A DNA stretch of 64,000 nucleotides. Source: Verrucomicrobiaceae bacterium. GTDB taxonomy: Bacteria > Verrucomicrobiota > Verrucomicrobiia > Verrucomicrobiales > Akkermansiaceae. Location of the stretch: assembly GCA_051252135.1 (NCBI GenBank), contig JBPOGH010000001.1:352001-416000 (forward strand), in the 5' to 3' direction. This document shows, one piece after another, positions 1 to 10,368 of this stretch. The notes beneath the pieces were generated by a model. The model saw nothing but the letters and a program-made list of their open reading frames with translations. It was not told the origin of the DNA and made no database searches. The stretch's first letter is position 1; the number at the start of each line of letters is the position of its first letter. The position numbers and the translations under genes were made by a program.

Positions 1-2
1 GA

Positions 3-1604
3 GCCTCAACCATCACGATGCAGCTTGCTCGAAATTCATATGGCTTGAAGAAACCGGGTCACGGGCCCCTCATGAGCCTTCACCGCAAGGCCCTCGAAAT
101 CGCCATCGCCTTTCGAATCGAATCCCGCTTCAGCAAAGATGAGATCCTGGAGCATTACATGAATCGCATTTTCTGGGGCGGTTCAATTATGGGAATCGAA
201 TCTGCCTCTCGCACCTACTTTGCCAAATCAGCTCATGATCTTGACCTCTCCGAATCAGCACTCCTGGCCGGCATTATTCGGGCTCCCAACGCATTCTCTC
301 CTTTTCAGGATCTCGATGCCGCCAAGTTCGAGCGGGATACCGTTCTTGATCGCATGGTCTATTTCGGTCACCTCGCGGAAGACGAAGCCGAAGCCGCCAA
401 GGCCACCAGACTCAACATCCCGAATGCTTCGGAACGAATCATTCAAGGCACTTATGCGCTGGATGCCATTCGCCGCGACCTTGAACAAATTCTAGAGCGT
501 GAAAACATTAAGGACGGAGGACTCATCATCCACACGACCCTCGATCCCAATATCCAGGAAGCTGCAGAGCGCTCAATCGAAGCACGTCTAGCCTCGATCG
601 AAAATACTCCGGGGTACCAGCATCAAAAAAGGGCCGACTGGGACGGGAAAGGATCACCGCAATACCTTCAAGGAGCAGCTGTCGTGATTGACAACGCAAG
701 TGGAGGTGTCCTTGCTATTGTGGGAGGTCGTGATGCGAGCGAATCCCAATTCAATCGGGCACTTCAGTCCCACCGTCCATTGGGATCCATTTTCAAACCC
801 TTCGTCTATCTCGCCGCAGTGCAAACGGGTTTCTCACTCAATGAATCGGTAGACGACGGTCGAATCAGGCCGGGTGAAATTTCCGGCGCTCCCCGGGACT
901 GGTCTCCCACGAACTCTGATGGAAAATATTACGGGCAAGTGCGAGCCTACGATGCCTTGATAGGCTCCCGCAACACCTCCTCCATCCGGGTTGGCACGGT
1001 TGCCGGACTTGAGCGCGTCATTGAAACCGCCCGCATGGTGGGCTTTGATCACGATCGAATCGACCGGGTTCCCTCATCCTATCTTGGGTCTTGGGGAGCT
1101 ACCACCGAAGAGGTCGCCAGCGCCTATTCCATCTTTCCCAATGGCGGTCGTCGATTCCGTCCCTACTACGTCACTGAAATTGAGGATCGTGATGGGCACA
1201 CTCTTTGGAAGAACGGGCGTCTCTTTCATGAAGCCGCAACACCGTCGGCAGCCTGGGAGGTGTCCCGTGTTCTTGAACAGGTCAACAAAAGAGGAACCGG
1301 CCGTTCGATTCGGACACGTTTCGGATTCACCAATCCTTCGGGAGGCAAGACCGGCACCACCAACGATTATCAGGATGCCTGGTACGCCGGTTATACCTCC
1401 TCTCTCACTTGCGCGGTCTGGGTTGGTTTGGATACCCCTAAAAAGACCATCTCCGGGGGTGAAGGCGCCAGACTGGCCTTGCCTATTTGGGCTGACATCA
1501 TGAAGACCGCCGACCGGTTACCCTCCTATAGCAATGGCCCGATCGGCCCAGCTGAGGCGGAGCGCGTCACTCCCGGAATTCCCATGGCTCTCCCCGTGGA
1601 GTAA
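3..1604 (+). CDS. Class A penicillin-binding protein (PBP1A family transglycosylase/transpeptidase), 5'-truncated by window edge
   Basis: Frame open from the window start (ASTITMQLARN, GT51 motif; RKxxE, SKDEILExYMN). Transpeptidase motifs SIFK, SRN and KTG. Confidence 0.93.
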   Translation, partial: ASTITMQLARNSYGLKKPGHGPLMSLHRKALEIAIAFRIESRFSKDEILEHYMNRIFWGGSIMGIESASRTYFAKSAHDLDLSESALLAGIIRAPNAFSPFQDLDAAKFERDTVLDRMVYFGHLAEDEAEAAKATRLNIPNASERIIQGTYALDAIRRDLEQILERENIKDGGLIIHTTLDPNIQEAAERSIEARLASIENTPGYQHQKRADWDGKGSPQYLQGAAVVIDNASGGVLAIVGGRDASESQFNRALQSHRPLGSIFKPFVYLAAVQTGFSLNESVDDGRIRPGEISGAPRDWSPTNSDGKYYGQVRAYDALIGSRNTSSIRVGTVAGLERVIETARMVGFDHDRIDRVPSSYLGSWGATTEEVASAYSIFPNGGRRFRPYYVTEIEDRDGHTLWKNGRLFHEAATPSAAWEVSRVLEQVNKRGTGRSIRTRFGFTNPSGGKTGTTNDYQDAWYAGYTSSLTCAVWVGLDTPKKTISGGEGARLALPIWADIMKTADRLPSYSNGPIGPAEAERVTPGIPMALPVE

Positions 1605-1716
1605 ATACCGATCTCGTCCCCACCGCCCCCCTGACCTCTTTTTTCGAACCCAATTTGCGATCCGGGACTATGGGCTAGCTCTTGTTTTATCTCTGGTTCT
1701 GGAACAGATTCGATCC

Positions 1717-3102
1717 ATGGAATTTGACTATGATCTCATTGTGATCGGAGGCGGGAGTGGTGGCTATGCGGCGGCCAAGACCGCGGTGTCGCACAACCTC
1801 AAAGTTGCTGTCATCGAATCGGCAAAGGAATTGGGAGGACTTTGTATTCTCCGCGGTTGCATGCCAACCAAAGCTCTCATTGAGACATCCAACCGGATGA
1901 GAGCCATTAGAGAGGCCCGGGAATTTGGAATAACAGTTCCCGAACCCAAGCTCGATCTGGACGTACTAAGAGACAGGAAAAGTCGTCTAATCGAGGGATT
2001 TCAAGAGTGGCGTATCAAAGGTCTTGAGAAAGGAGATTTTGACCTGATTCGTGGAACCGCATCATTCAGCTCCCCAAACACGATCAGCGTCACCGGCACC
2101 GGAGAAATTTCAGCCAAGGCGTTTGTCATCGCCACCGGCTCGGATGAGCGTGTCCCCCCTTTGGAAGGCCTCCACGACACCCCCTTTTGGACAAGCGACG
2201 ATATCGTAAACATCCCATCAGTCCCCGATAAGGTCGTTGTGGTGGGAACCGGAGCTGTCGGGATGGAATCAGCCCACCTATTTCAGGGTCTTGGTTCATC
2301 AGTGACGGTCATTTCACGCAGCAAACCACTCGTCTCGGGAGTGGAACCCGAAGTCTCCGAAGCAATGGAAAAACGGTGTAAGGATCTTGGGATCGACCTC
2401 ATTTTTGGAAACGGTCTCAAATCTGCCAGCCATAGCAGTAGTGGCTTCAAGCTGACCTTGTCTAACGATGATGTGATCACATGCGATCAACTCATCATGG
2501 CAACTGGAAGAAAGCCTAATATCGACGGGCTGAATCTTCCCGCAGCCGGCTTCGAGGAAAAACTTTCGCGTATCGAGATCAACGATCACTGCCAGACCAT
2601 AATTCCTCACATCTTTGCGGTTGGTGATTGCGCGAGTCCTCTGGCCGTCGTGCACCTCGCAGTAATGCAAGGCGAAGCCGCGGGAGAAAACATCGCCTCC
2701 TTACTCACCAACAAACCCTTAGAGGGAACGTGGGACCTCAACCTGAAAATATTCGGCATATTCACTGATCCCGAAATCGTCCAGGTGGGTTTAACCCTGC
2801 AAGAAGCGCAGACGGCTGGTTTTGACCCGGTCATCGCAAGCTATCGCTTCGATGATCAGGGAAAGGGCGAAATTGTGGGAGAAGAGCATGGGCTCGTTAT
2901 GTTGATGTCCGATCGCAAAACTCGAAAAATTCTCGGAGCTTCGGGAATGGGCCCCCATGTCATCGACTATGCCCACACGATAGTCGTCGCTCTTGCCCAA
3001 CACCTTACCGTTGATGAGTTCCTCAAAATCCCCTCCTATCACCCGACCTTGGGTGAAATCTGGACCTATGTGGCCGAAGAGCTTTCGGAAAAGCTTAACT
3101 AA
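1717..3102 (+). CDS. Pyridine nucleotide-disulfide oxidoreductase (dihydrolipoamide dehydrogenase/MerA/RclA-like flavoprotein)
   Basis: GGGSGG FAD fold, redox CILRGC, second GxGxxG and C-terminal HPTLGE. ATG at 1717 chosen over the longer ORF. Confidence 0.85.
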   Translation: MEFDYDLIVIGGGSGGYAAAKTAVSHNLKVAVIESAKELGGLCILRGCMPTKALIETSNRMRAIREAREFGITVPEPKLDLDVLRDRKSRLIEGFQEWRIKGLEKGDFDLIRGTASFSSPNTISVTGTGEISAKAFVIATGSDERVPPLEGLHDTPFWTSDDIVNIPSVPDKVVVVGTGAVGMESAHLFQGLGSSVTVISRSKPLVSGVEPEVSEAMEKRCKDLGIDLIFGNGLKSASHSSSGFKLTLSNDDVITCDQLIMATGRKPNIDGLNLPAAGFEEKLSRIEINDHCQTIIPHIFAVGDCASPLAVVHLAVMQGEAAGENIASLLTNKPLEGTWDLNLKIFGIFTDPEIVQVGLTLQEAQTAGFDPVIASYRFDDQGKGEIVGEEHGLVMLMSDRKTRKILGASGMGPHVIDYAHTIVVALAQHLTVDEFLKIPSYHPTLGEIWTYVAEELSEKLN

Positions 3103-3124
3103 ATTGGAAAAATCGTTCCAAAAA

Positions 3125-3201
3125 TGGTCGGGGCGACAGGATTCGAACCTGCGACCTCTTCACCCCCAGTGAAGCGCGCTACCAAGCTGCGCTACGCCCC
3201 G
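3125..3201 (-). tRNA. tRNA-Pro(GGG)
   Basis: Reverse complement CGGGGCGTAGCGCAGCTTGGTAGCGCGCTTCACTGGGGGTGAAGAGGTCGCAGGTTCGAATCCTGTCGCCCCGACCA folds as a cloverleaf, with anticodon GGG and encoded CCA. Confidence 0.97.
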
Positions 3202-3284
3202 ACATGCCGAACGGCGGGCTGGTTTTTGCCAGAGAATCGAGAATTGGCAAGCATCTAATTTCCTGCCATTTCAAATACAGTCAA

Positions 3285-4325
3285 ATGTCTCACCCAACCA
3301 AAGTCGCCATCGTCGGAGCCAGCGGATATACCGGCCTCGAACTTCTCAAAATCCTCTTCTGCCACCCCAACGTGGAAGTCGTAGCCATCACCTCACGCGC
3401 AAATGCCGGCGAATCGGTATCGACTCTCTTCCCGCGCTTTCAGGATCACCCTGGAACCAATCTCACGTTCATTGAGCCGAATATGGACACGATCGCCTCG
3501 ACGGGCGCTGAAGTTGCCTTTCTCGCCCTCCCCCATGGCGCCGCTGCTCCGTTCGCCCGAGAACTTCTCAACCTTGGAATCAAAGTAATCGATCTCAGCG
3601 CAGACTTTCGCTTGGAAGACCCTGAGGTTTACGCCGATTTCTACGATCATCCTCACCCCGCGCCAGAATTGTTAAAAGAAGCCGTATTCGGCCTACCCGA
3701 GGTTCACGGCGATCAAATCAAAGGAGCTAAACTGATCGCATCTCCGGGGTGCTATCCGACTTCAATCATGTTGCCGCTGATCCCGCTTCTCCGGGAGAAC
3801 CTCATCGAAATGTCCTCAATCACGATATCTTCGATGAGTGGCGTGAGCGGCGCCGGTCGTAATGCGAGCATTCCTCTCATTTTTGCCGAATGCAACGAGA
3901 GTGTCCGATCCTATGGACTGCCCAGACACCGCCATCTTTCCGAAATTGAACAGGAGCTTGGAAAAGCTGCTGGCGAACAAATCACGGTCTGCTTTGTTCC
4001 CCACCTCATTCCGGTGACAGCTGGAATCTGCACCACTATTTTTGCTACGCTCAAGGGCACCGGCGATGAAGTTAACTCGGCACTCCAGAAAGCCTACCAA
4101 AAGGCCCCATTTGTGAGACTACGCGGAGAGGGCGTCTCTCCCGACACCAAACACGTGGTGGGCACCAACTATCTTGATATTGGCTGGCACTTTGATCGCA
4201 GAACCGGAAGGATCATCCTTCAAAGCGCAGAGGATAATCTTGGGAAGGGGGCCGCAGGTCAGGCCGTCCAGAGTTTCAACCTTTTGGTTGGAAATAGGGA
4301 AACTGACGGGTTGCAAAGACTCTAG
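3285..4325 (+). CDS. argC: N-acetyl-gamma-glutamyl-phosphate reductase
   Basis: GASGYTG, FLALPHG, IDLSADFRL, PGCYPT, SGVSGAG and DNLGKGAAGQA motifs. Confidence 0.97.
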   Translation: MSHPTKVAIVGASGYTGLELLKILFCHPNVEVVAITSRANAGESVSTLFPRFQDHPGTNLTFIEPNMDTIASTGAEVAFLALPHGAAAPFARELLNLGIKVIDLSADFRLEDPEVYADFYDHPHPAPELLKEAVFGLPEVHGDQIKGAKLIASPGCYPTSIMLPLIPLLRENLIEMSSITISSMSGVSGAGRNASIPLIFAECNESVRSYGLPRHRHLSEIEQELGKAAGEQITVCFVPHLIPVTAGICTTIFATLKGTGDEVNSALQKAYQKAPFVRLRGEGVSPDTKHVVGTNYLDIGWHFDRRTGRIILQSAEDNLGKGAAGQAVQSFNLLVGNRETDGLQRL

Positions 4326-4350
4326 AAACCGCACACATTTTTCTTTCTCG

Positions 4351-5613
4351 ATGGATCGTCCCTACAAACGCATCAAAGGTGGAATTTGTGCTGCAAAAGG
4401 CTTTTTAAGCAACGCTGTATCCTGCGGCATTAAAAATCCGGATTCAGATCGACTTGATCTTGCACTCATTGCTTCCGAATTCCCCTGCGTTTCCGCCGGA
4501 GCGTTCACCACCAATCGTGTAAAAGCGGCTCCGGTTCGCATGACTCAGAGTCATTTGCGAGCCAATCCTATCCGCGCAATCATCACAAACAGTGGAAATG
4601 CGAATGCCTGCACCGGACCGGATGGCATGTCCGACGCCCGGATCATGGCTAGGTCCACCGCAAAATTGCTAAACCTAAAGCAACGGGAAGTTGCTGTCGG
4701 ATCAACAGGCGTGATCGGCATTCCCCTTCCGATGATGAGAATCGAGCCAAAATTTGAGGAGTTGGTTTCTGGACTCTCGCCTAACAAGGGTAACGAATTC
4801 GCTCGTGCCATCATCACCAGTGATACCATCGAGAAGGAGACCGCAATCTCAGTGGAATTGGGGGGTCAAAGGGTCCGGATCGGAGGCTGCGCCAAGGGAG
4901 CCGGAATGATCAATCCCAACATGGCCACCATGCTCTGCTACATCACTACCGATGCAAACGTTGGACCAGCTTGTCTTACGCGCTCCGTTCAGGATGCGGT
5001 TCAGAATACGTTTAACCGAATCACGATTGATGGAGATACCAGCACGAATGACACGGTTTTGGTTCTCGCCAACGGCGCCGCTGGCAACAAACCCATTCGG
5101 CTAAGAACCCGGGACTGTCAGGATTTCTCACATGCATTGGAGTTCGTGATGAACAAGCTCGCGAAGGCAATCGTTCGCGATGGTGAGCGGGTCACTAAAT
5201 TCGTCAAGGTCCTGGTGAAGGGTGCCAGAACGAATCACGACGCAAAGAAGGTCGCAGAAGCAGTTTCCAACTCCTCTCTGGTCAAAGCATCATGGAATGG
5301 TGAAGACCCCAATTGGGGCCGGATCATTCATGCTGTCGGCTACTCGGGCGCCAGCATCAGGGAGGAGCTTATCGATATCAGCTTCGATAAGAAAATCGCC
5401 TGTTCGGGCGGACTGCAGTCCAAGGTCAACCCCGAGGTCCTCCGCAGTATCGTAAGAAAGAGCGAATTTACCGTAACAATCGACCTGGGCCGGGGTGATG
5501 GCTCCTATCATGTCTATACCTCCGATCTCTCTCCGGAGTATGTTGACTTCAACCGATCCGAATATGCTTATTGGAAGCAGGCCCAAAAAGACGGGGCCTT
5601 CAAGACCTCATAG
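4351..5613 (+). CDS. argJ: Bifunctional glutamate N-acetyltransferase/amino-acid acetyltransferase
   Basis: NSGNANACTG, STGVIG, KGAGMINPNMAT (autocleavage Thr), DGDTSTND and DPNWGRI motifs; follows argC. Confidence 0.97.
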   Translation: MDRPYKRIKGGICAAKGFLSNAVSCGIKNPDSDRLDLALIASEFPCVSAGAFTTNRVKAAPVRMTQSHLRANPIRAIITNSGNANACTGPDGMSDARIMARSTAKLLNLKQREVAVGSTGVIGIPLPMMRIEPKFEELVSGLSPNKGNEFARAIITSDTIEKETAISVELGGQRVRIGGCAKGAGMINPNMATMLCYITTDANVGPACLTRSVQDAVQNTFNRITIDGDTSTNDTVLVLANGAAGNKPIRLRTRDCQDFSHALEFVMNKLAKAIVRDGERVTKFVKVLVKGARTNHDAKKVAEAVSNSSLVKASWNGEDPNWGRIIHAVGYSGASIREELIDISFDKKIACSGGLQSKVNPEVLRSIVRKSEFTVTIDLGRGDGSYHVYTSDLSPEYVDFNRSEYAYWKQAQKDGAFKTS

Positions 5614-5656
5614 CTTTGTTCGAAAACGGGTTCGTTACCGGGCACCAATAAACGGC

Positions 5657-5694
5657 AAATAAAAACCCCGGTGGAAATTATTCCAACCGGGGTT
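5657..5694 (-). terminator. Intrinsic terminator between convergent argJ and the DUF1501 gene
   Basis: Stem AACCCCGGT-GGAA / TTCCAACCGGGGTT preceded on + by an A-rich run (U-tract on the minus strand). Confidence 0.75.
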
Positions 5695-5716
5695 GCTAAA
5701 GGATTGAAGGAACCTT

Positions 5717-7036
5717 CTAGGAGAAGATTTCGGTGATCGGCTTTCCAAGGTCTGCTTCGGCACCTCCCATGCGGAACGGGCGGCCACTTGGAGAACTCAC
5801 AACCTGGGAGTGATCAATGCCAAGTGCGTAAGCGATCGTTGCATTGAAATCCTGGACAGTGACGCCCTTGTCTGCGACCCGGGCTCCATTTTTGTCCGAG
5901 CTTCCATACTTGGTGCCACCCTTGATGCCACCACCTGCCATGACAGCAGAGAAACATGCCGGGTGGTGATCCCGACCGCTGTTGTGCTCTTCCACAATGC
6001 GTGGAGTCCGTCCAAATTCAGTTCCGATGACCACCAATGTCGAATCAAGCATTCCACGCTCATCGAGGTCCTTCACCAGTTGCGCGAAGCCGCGGTCAAG
6101 AATCGCAGCCCGGCCTTCAACAGCGTTGAAGTTATCATAGTGAGTGTCCCATCCACCGAGAGATACCTCGACAAATCGCACTCCGGATTCAACGAGACGG
6201 CGGGCGAGAAGACATCCCTGCCCGAAACGATCCTTGCCATAGGCATCACGAACTTTGGAAGGCTCGGCATTGATATCGAACGCCTCCAAATCCTCGCTCT
6301 GCATCAGCTTGACCGCCTCTTCATAAAGAGAGTCATAAGCCTTAACATCAGGAGTCTTGTATCGTTCGGTGAATTGACGATTGAGAGCATCAGCAACCGC
6401 AAGGCGGTGCTTGAAATCTTCCTCACTCACCGTTCCAGCCATTTCTGAGTTTTTCAGCCCTTCATCAGGGCGACCAAGCGGAACACCGCCAAATTCGGCG
6501 CCAAAGAATCCCGGGGACGAAACCTTGGGACTCGTGTTCGCGGTTACAAATCCGGGAAGCGTCGTATTCTTACGACCTTTCATCCGAACCACCCACGATC
6601 CGATCGCCGGATGGACAATCGTTCCTCGAGGTGAGTAGCTACGATGAAGAAGATACTGACCTTGCTCATGGGCTCCCTGGCGCGAAGTCATTGAATTGAT
6701 GACACACATCCGGTCGGCTACTCCCGCCGTCTTGGGCAGGTATTGGGAGAGTTGGAAGTCACCGCTGGTAGCGATCGCCTCAACTGGACCCTGCACTTCT
6801 TTGTTGGTTGGTTTGACATCAAAGGTATCCAGATGGCTCATCCCTCCCCCCATATTGAGGAAAATAACGTGCTCCGCAGTTTTGGCCCGCGCAGCCACGC
6901 TCTTGGCGCCAAGTGATCCGGTGAGACTAGCTCCGAGCATCGGAGCCACAGTGACACCAAGATAGGTGTGCGCCGAGTTGATCAAAAACTGGCGGCGGCC
7001 GACTTCATCGGCTCTGAGTAGTTGTGATTTATCCAT
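5717..7036 (-). CDS. DUF1501 domain protein, probable Tat substrate
   Basis: RRQFL twin-arginine motif; GGMSHLDTFD, FGQGCLLARRLVESGVRFV, GGWDTH, EFGRTP and GRDHH motifs typical of DUF1501. Confidence 0.88.
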   Translation of the reverse strand: MDKSQLLRADEVGRRQFLINSAHTYLGVTVAPMLGASLTGSLGAKSVAARAKTAEHVIFLNMGGGMSHLDTFDVKPTNKEVQGPVEAIATSGDFQLSQYLPKTAGVADRMCVINSMTSRQGAHEQGQYLLHRSYSPRGTIVHPAIGSWVVRMKGRKNTTLPGFVTANTSPKVSSPGFFGAEFGGVPLGRPDEGLKNSEMAGTVSEEDFKHRLAVADALNRQFTERYKTPDVKAYDSLYEEAVKLMQSEDLEAFDINAEPSKVRDAYGKDRFGQGCLLARRLVESGVRFVEVSLGGWDTHYDNFNAVEGRAAILDRGFAQLVKDLDERGMLDSTLVVIGTEFGRTPRIVEEHNSGRDHHPACFSAVMAGGGIKGGTKYGSSDKNGARVADKGVTVQDFNATIAYALGIDHSQVVSSPSGRPFRMGGAEADLGKPITEIFS

Positions 7037-7068
7037 TGTGTTAAAGGTTGGTGGTTGGTGTGAATGGT

Positions 7069-8976
7069 TTACTGAATGAACATAAACTCATGAGTGGAAA
7101 GCAGAGCGGAAACCAGATTGCGATAGCTGTCTTTGCTTCCGTCAATCACGTCTCGCATGAGCATGTTCATTTCCGCATCCGAAGGGGCGCGACTTAAAAT
7201 GGCATAGTAGAGATACCTCACCTTATCCCCGTCTGTTGATCCTTCTTCAAGAGCATTGTAGACAGCGGCTCCGTTGTTGCTCACGACCAGCTTCTCAACA
7301 TGACCATTCATGATCTCAAGCACCTGAGACATGTTGGCTTCACGGGTGGCACCATCCACCAGTTCTCGATCAGATTGACCAAACTCCCGAAGGAAATGAC
7401 CTACCGGAGCGGGAGCTCTCAGTTCGGATGCCCGGGCAATACCATTGGCGGGTCCGGGGCGCTCCTTCCGCGCCATCATCATCATGTCACTTGATGCGTT
7501 GGAATCATTTTCCATCAGCTGAGTCATGAAATTCTCAGCATACTCCCTATAAGCCTTGGGCTTACTGATGGACATCACTTCACGCGCGAGCTCGGACATG
7601 CTCTTTTTGCCAACGAGAACGGGCTTTCCATTGTAATAAATGTGATCGTTGAACGAACGCTTTGCCAATTTATCAGGCTCTTCTGCAATAAGAGTCACCA
7701 AGCTGTCCCAAAGTTGCTCAGCACTCATACGCTGCAACTGTCGGCCATTGAACGCCTGAGGCACTCCTACATCAAATGCCTTTGGATTGGCCGCGAACTG
7801 GAATGTCCGCGTTCCCAATAGAACCTGCTGGAAAGCCTTAAGATCGTAGTCCAGATCGACCATGAGGCGTTTCAGATAGCGGACCAGCCCAGGGGACAAA
7901 GTCTTATCCTCGGCAACAAACTCATCAACAGGGTAAGTGATTGGACTTCCCATGACGCGCTCCCACATCCGGTTCACAATCACATAGTCGAAGTTGTCGT
8001 TCTTGCGAGTCATCCACTCGGCAAACTTTTTGCGTGACCCTTCCGTCTCACGTCGTGCTGAAGTGCTAATGCGCTGTCCGAAATGCGTTTTTCCTCCGAC
8101 CATCTCACCGGGATCACCATCCCGATACTGGTAGTCACGGGGAAGTGCAATCCGGCCTTCGCTGTCATCAGCGAGAGTGAGATAATGAATGTTATCCCTC
8201 ATCCAATACATGACGCCACCCAGCTTGGATCGACGAAAATCAGGATCGTCGATCATCCTTACTGTTTCGCCCCAAACACGGGGGTTAATCTCACGTTGTC
8301 CGCTGGTGAAAGCTGCGAACTGGTAAAAATCCATACGTTCCCACTTGTTGGTCGGGCTGTCATGGCACTGGGCACATTCCAGACGCTCACCGGTGAAAAT
8401 CTGCATTGTCACGGCGAGGTTGTCCAACGGCATCCCCTTATCGCGAACGTAGTATCCGACTGCTCCATTCCCCTTTTCCCAGGCAATCCCGGAAGCTGAA
8501 ACCAAGTCTCTGGTGAACTGGTCCCACGGCTTGTTCTCAGCGACAGAGTTGTGGATAAACCGAACATAAGGAACAAATGACTCAGCTCCATTGGCGCGTC
8601 CCTCATCCTGAATTCGGAGAAGATCCATCACATAATTTTGCATGTGACTGCGGTATCCGTCCGTCGAAAGTAAATAACGGGTCAGCATCTCGCGCTTGTT
8701 GGCATCGTCAATTTCCAGAAAATTCTGAGCCTCTTTGAGAGTAGGAATCCGCCCATTTGCAACAAGGAAACTCCGACGCAGGAATGTCGCATCATCAACA
8801 ACCTCGGGAACGGACAGTTTTTTGCTCTTAAAAATCTCTGCTACGAACTTATCAACCTCATACGAGGCTTTCTTAAGGGCTTCGGGAGACTTGTTTTTAT
8901 TCTCGGCGGCAACACCGGAGGCAACTAGCCCGCCTAGGATGGCGATTGCTACAAATTTGGACTTTATCGGGAACAT
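7069..8976 (-). CDS. DUF1549/DUF1553 (PSCyt/PSD1-type) secreted protein with CxxCH
   Basis: Signal peptide; DDATFLRR...GRIPT, NKPWDQF, ECAQCHD, VNRMW, YDLK and R-SAEQLWDS motifs; upstream of DUF1501 as usual in PVC bacteria. Confidence 0.88.
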   Translation of the reverse strand: MFPIKSKFVAIAILGGLVASGVAAENKNKSPEALKKASYEVDKFVAEIFKSKKLSVPEVVDDATFLRRSFLVANGRIPTLKEAQNFLEIDDANKREMLTRYLLSTDGYRSHMQNYVMDLLRIQDEGRANGAESFVPYVRFIHNSVAENKPWDQFTRDLVSASGIAWEKGNGAVGYYVRDKGMPLDNLAVTMQIFTGERLECAQCHDSPTNKWERMDFYQFAAFTSGQREINPRVWGETVRMIDDPDFRRSKLGGVMYWMRDNIHYLTLADDSEGRIALPRDYQYRDGDPGEMVGGKTHFGQRISTSARRETEGSRKKFAEWMTRKNDNFDYVIVNRMWERVMGSPITYPVDEFVAEDKTLSPGLVRYLKRLMVDLDYDLKAFQQVLLGTRTFQFAANPKAFDVGVPQAFNGRQLQRMSAEQLWDSLVTLIAEEPDKLAKRSFNDHIYYNGKPVLVGKKSMSELAREVMSISKPKAYREYAENFMTQLMENDSNASSDMMMMARKERPGPANGIARASELRAPAPVGHFLREFGQSDRELVDGATREANMSQVLEIMNGHVEKLVVSNNGAAVYNALEEGSTDGDKVRYLYYAILSRAPSDAEMNMLMRDVIDGSKDSYRNLVSALLSTHEFMFIQ

Positions 8977-9016
8977 GGGACGTGTAGGTGGTTAAATTCC
9001 TTGGGGAATTTCACCT

Positions 9017-9046
9017 AAGTTACCTTTTTTTCACCCCCGTTGTCAA
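9017..9046 (-). promoter_or_regulatory. Candidate sigma70 promoter of the DUF1549-DUF1501 operon
   Basis: Minus strand TTGACA-18 bp-TAACTT, about 40 nt upstream of the ATG. Confidence 0.4.
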
Positions 9047-9108
9047 ACTGGTAAATCTTGGCGGAAAAATCGACTTGTCGTCATCAATCGGAGAGCCAGT
9101 CTACGTTC

Positions 9109-10368
9109 ATGGCTCCGAACACACTGGCAATCTGCTTGATCGTCGCTCTCATTCTCCTCTGGAAGATCGACTTCATTGCTACGATCTTGACTCTCAAGAA
9201 CCTAAAACCTTCTCTCCCTGCTGAATTTCAAGGTGTCTGGGATGATGAGCGTTACGCCAAATCCCAAGCGTATGAGCGCGCCCAAGCTCAATTCGGGATT
9301 TTCTCCTCCATTTCCAGTCTGACCGCTTTCCTTGTTTTTTGGTTTCTTGGCGGGTTCGGTTGGGTGGACGGAATTTCCCAATCATTCGCATTTCAGGAAA
9401 TTGGAACGGGAATTACGTTTATTGGCATCATTTATCTGGCCAGTTGGCTTCTGGGCCTCCCCTTTGACTACTACAGAACATTTGTCCTTGAGGAAAGATT
9501 CGGATTCAACAAGACAACGATCGGCACCTTCGTTTCGGATCAGATCAAGGGGCTTATTCTTGCCGCGGTTCTGGGGCTACCGCTGATGGCGCTAATTTTG
9601 TGGATATTCAGCTCGGTCGAGAATGCATGGCTGTGGGCTTGGGTTTCTGTCACGGGGATTTCTCTTCTTCTCACCTATCTGGCCCCATCCATCATCCTCC
9701 CCTTGTTCAATAAGTTCACTCCTCTCGAAGATGGCGAACTTTCCCGGTCGATTCAAACCATGGCCAGGAAGTGCGAGTTCCCTCTCACCGAAATTTCCAT
9801 CATGGACGGGTCAAAGCGATCAGCTAAGGCCAATGCCTTCTTCACAGGTTTCGGAAAGCGCAAAAAAATCGCCCTCTACGATACTCTTGTCGAAAACCAG
9901 ACCACGGATGAGCTGGTTGGAGTTCTGGCCCATGAAATTGGCCATTTTAAAAAGAAACACATCGTCCAGCGCCTTATCCTCTCAATTGCCCAGACAGCAG
10001 CCATGTTCTACCTCCTGGGTCTTGCAACCAACCCGGATAATGCCTTTGGTGAACAACTCTACCAAGCCTTTGGAGTGACCCCCTCATACGCCGCAGGGCT
10101 TGTTTTCTTTATGATTATCTTCAAGCCGGTCTCCCGCATTATTTCAATCCTCATGAACATTCTTTCCCGGAAGCATGAATTTGAAGCTGACGCCTATGCC
10201 GCTGATGCCCAAGGAACCCCCGAGCATTTGATCAACGCCCTGAAAAAACTCTCTGCTGATAACCTTTCCAATCTGACTCCGCATCCACTTGAAGTCTTCC
10301 TCGATCACTCTCACCCACCGGTGTTGGTGAGAATCGAAGCACTCAGGGGTCGCCATCCTCAAGTCTAA
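9109..10368 (+). CDS. M48 family zinc metallopeptidase (Ste24/CAAX protease-like)
   Basis: Multiple TM helices; EERFGFNK, PLFNKF, NAFFTG, HEIGH, EFEAD and SHP motifs. Confidence 0.93.
   Translation: MAPNTLAICLIVALILLWKIDFIATILTLKNLKPSLPAEFQGVWDDERYAKSQAYERAQAQFGIFSSISSLTAFLVFWFLGGFGWVDGISQSFAFQEIGTGITFIGIIYLASWLLGLPFDYYRTFVLEERFGFNKTTIGTFVSDQIKGLILAAVLGLPLMALILWIFSSVENAWLWAWVSVTGISLLLTYLAPSIILPLFNKFTPLEDGELSRSIQTMARKCEFPLTEISIMDGSKRSAKANAFFTGFGKRKKIALYDTLVENQTTDELVGVLAHEIGHFKKKHIVQRLILSIAQTAAMFYLLGLATNPDNAFGEQLYQAFGVTPSYAAGLVFFMIIFKPVSRIISILMNILSRKHEFEADAYAADAQGTPEHLINALKKLSADNLSNLTPHPLEVFLDHSHPPVLVRIEALRGRHPQV

Noticed and set aside
1717..3102. Mercuric reductase MerA call
   Set aside because: No C-terminal Cys-Cys pair, no NmerA domain and no mer genes nearby.
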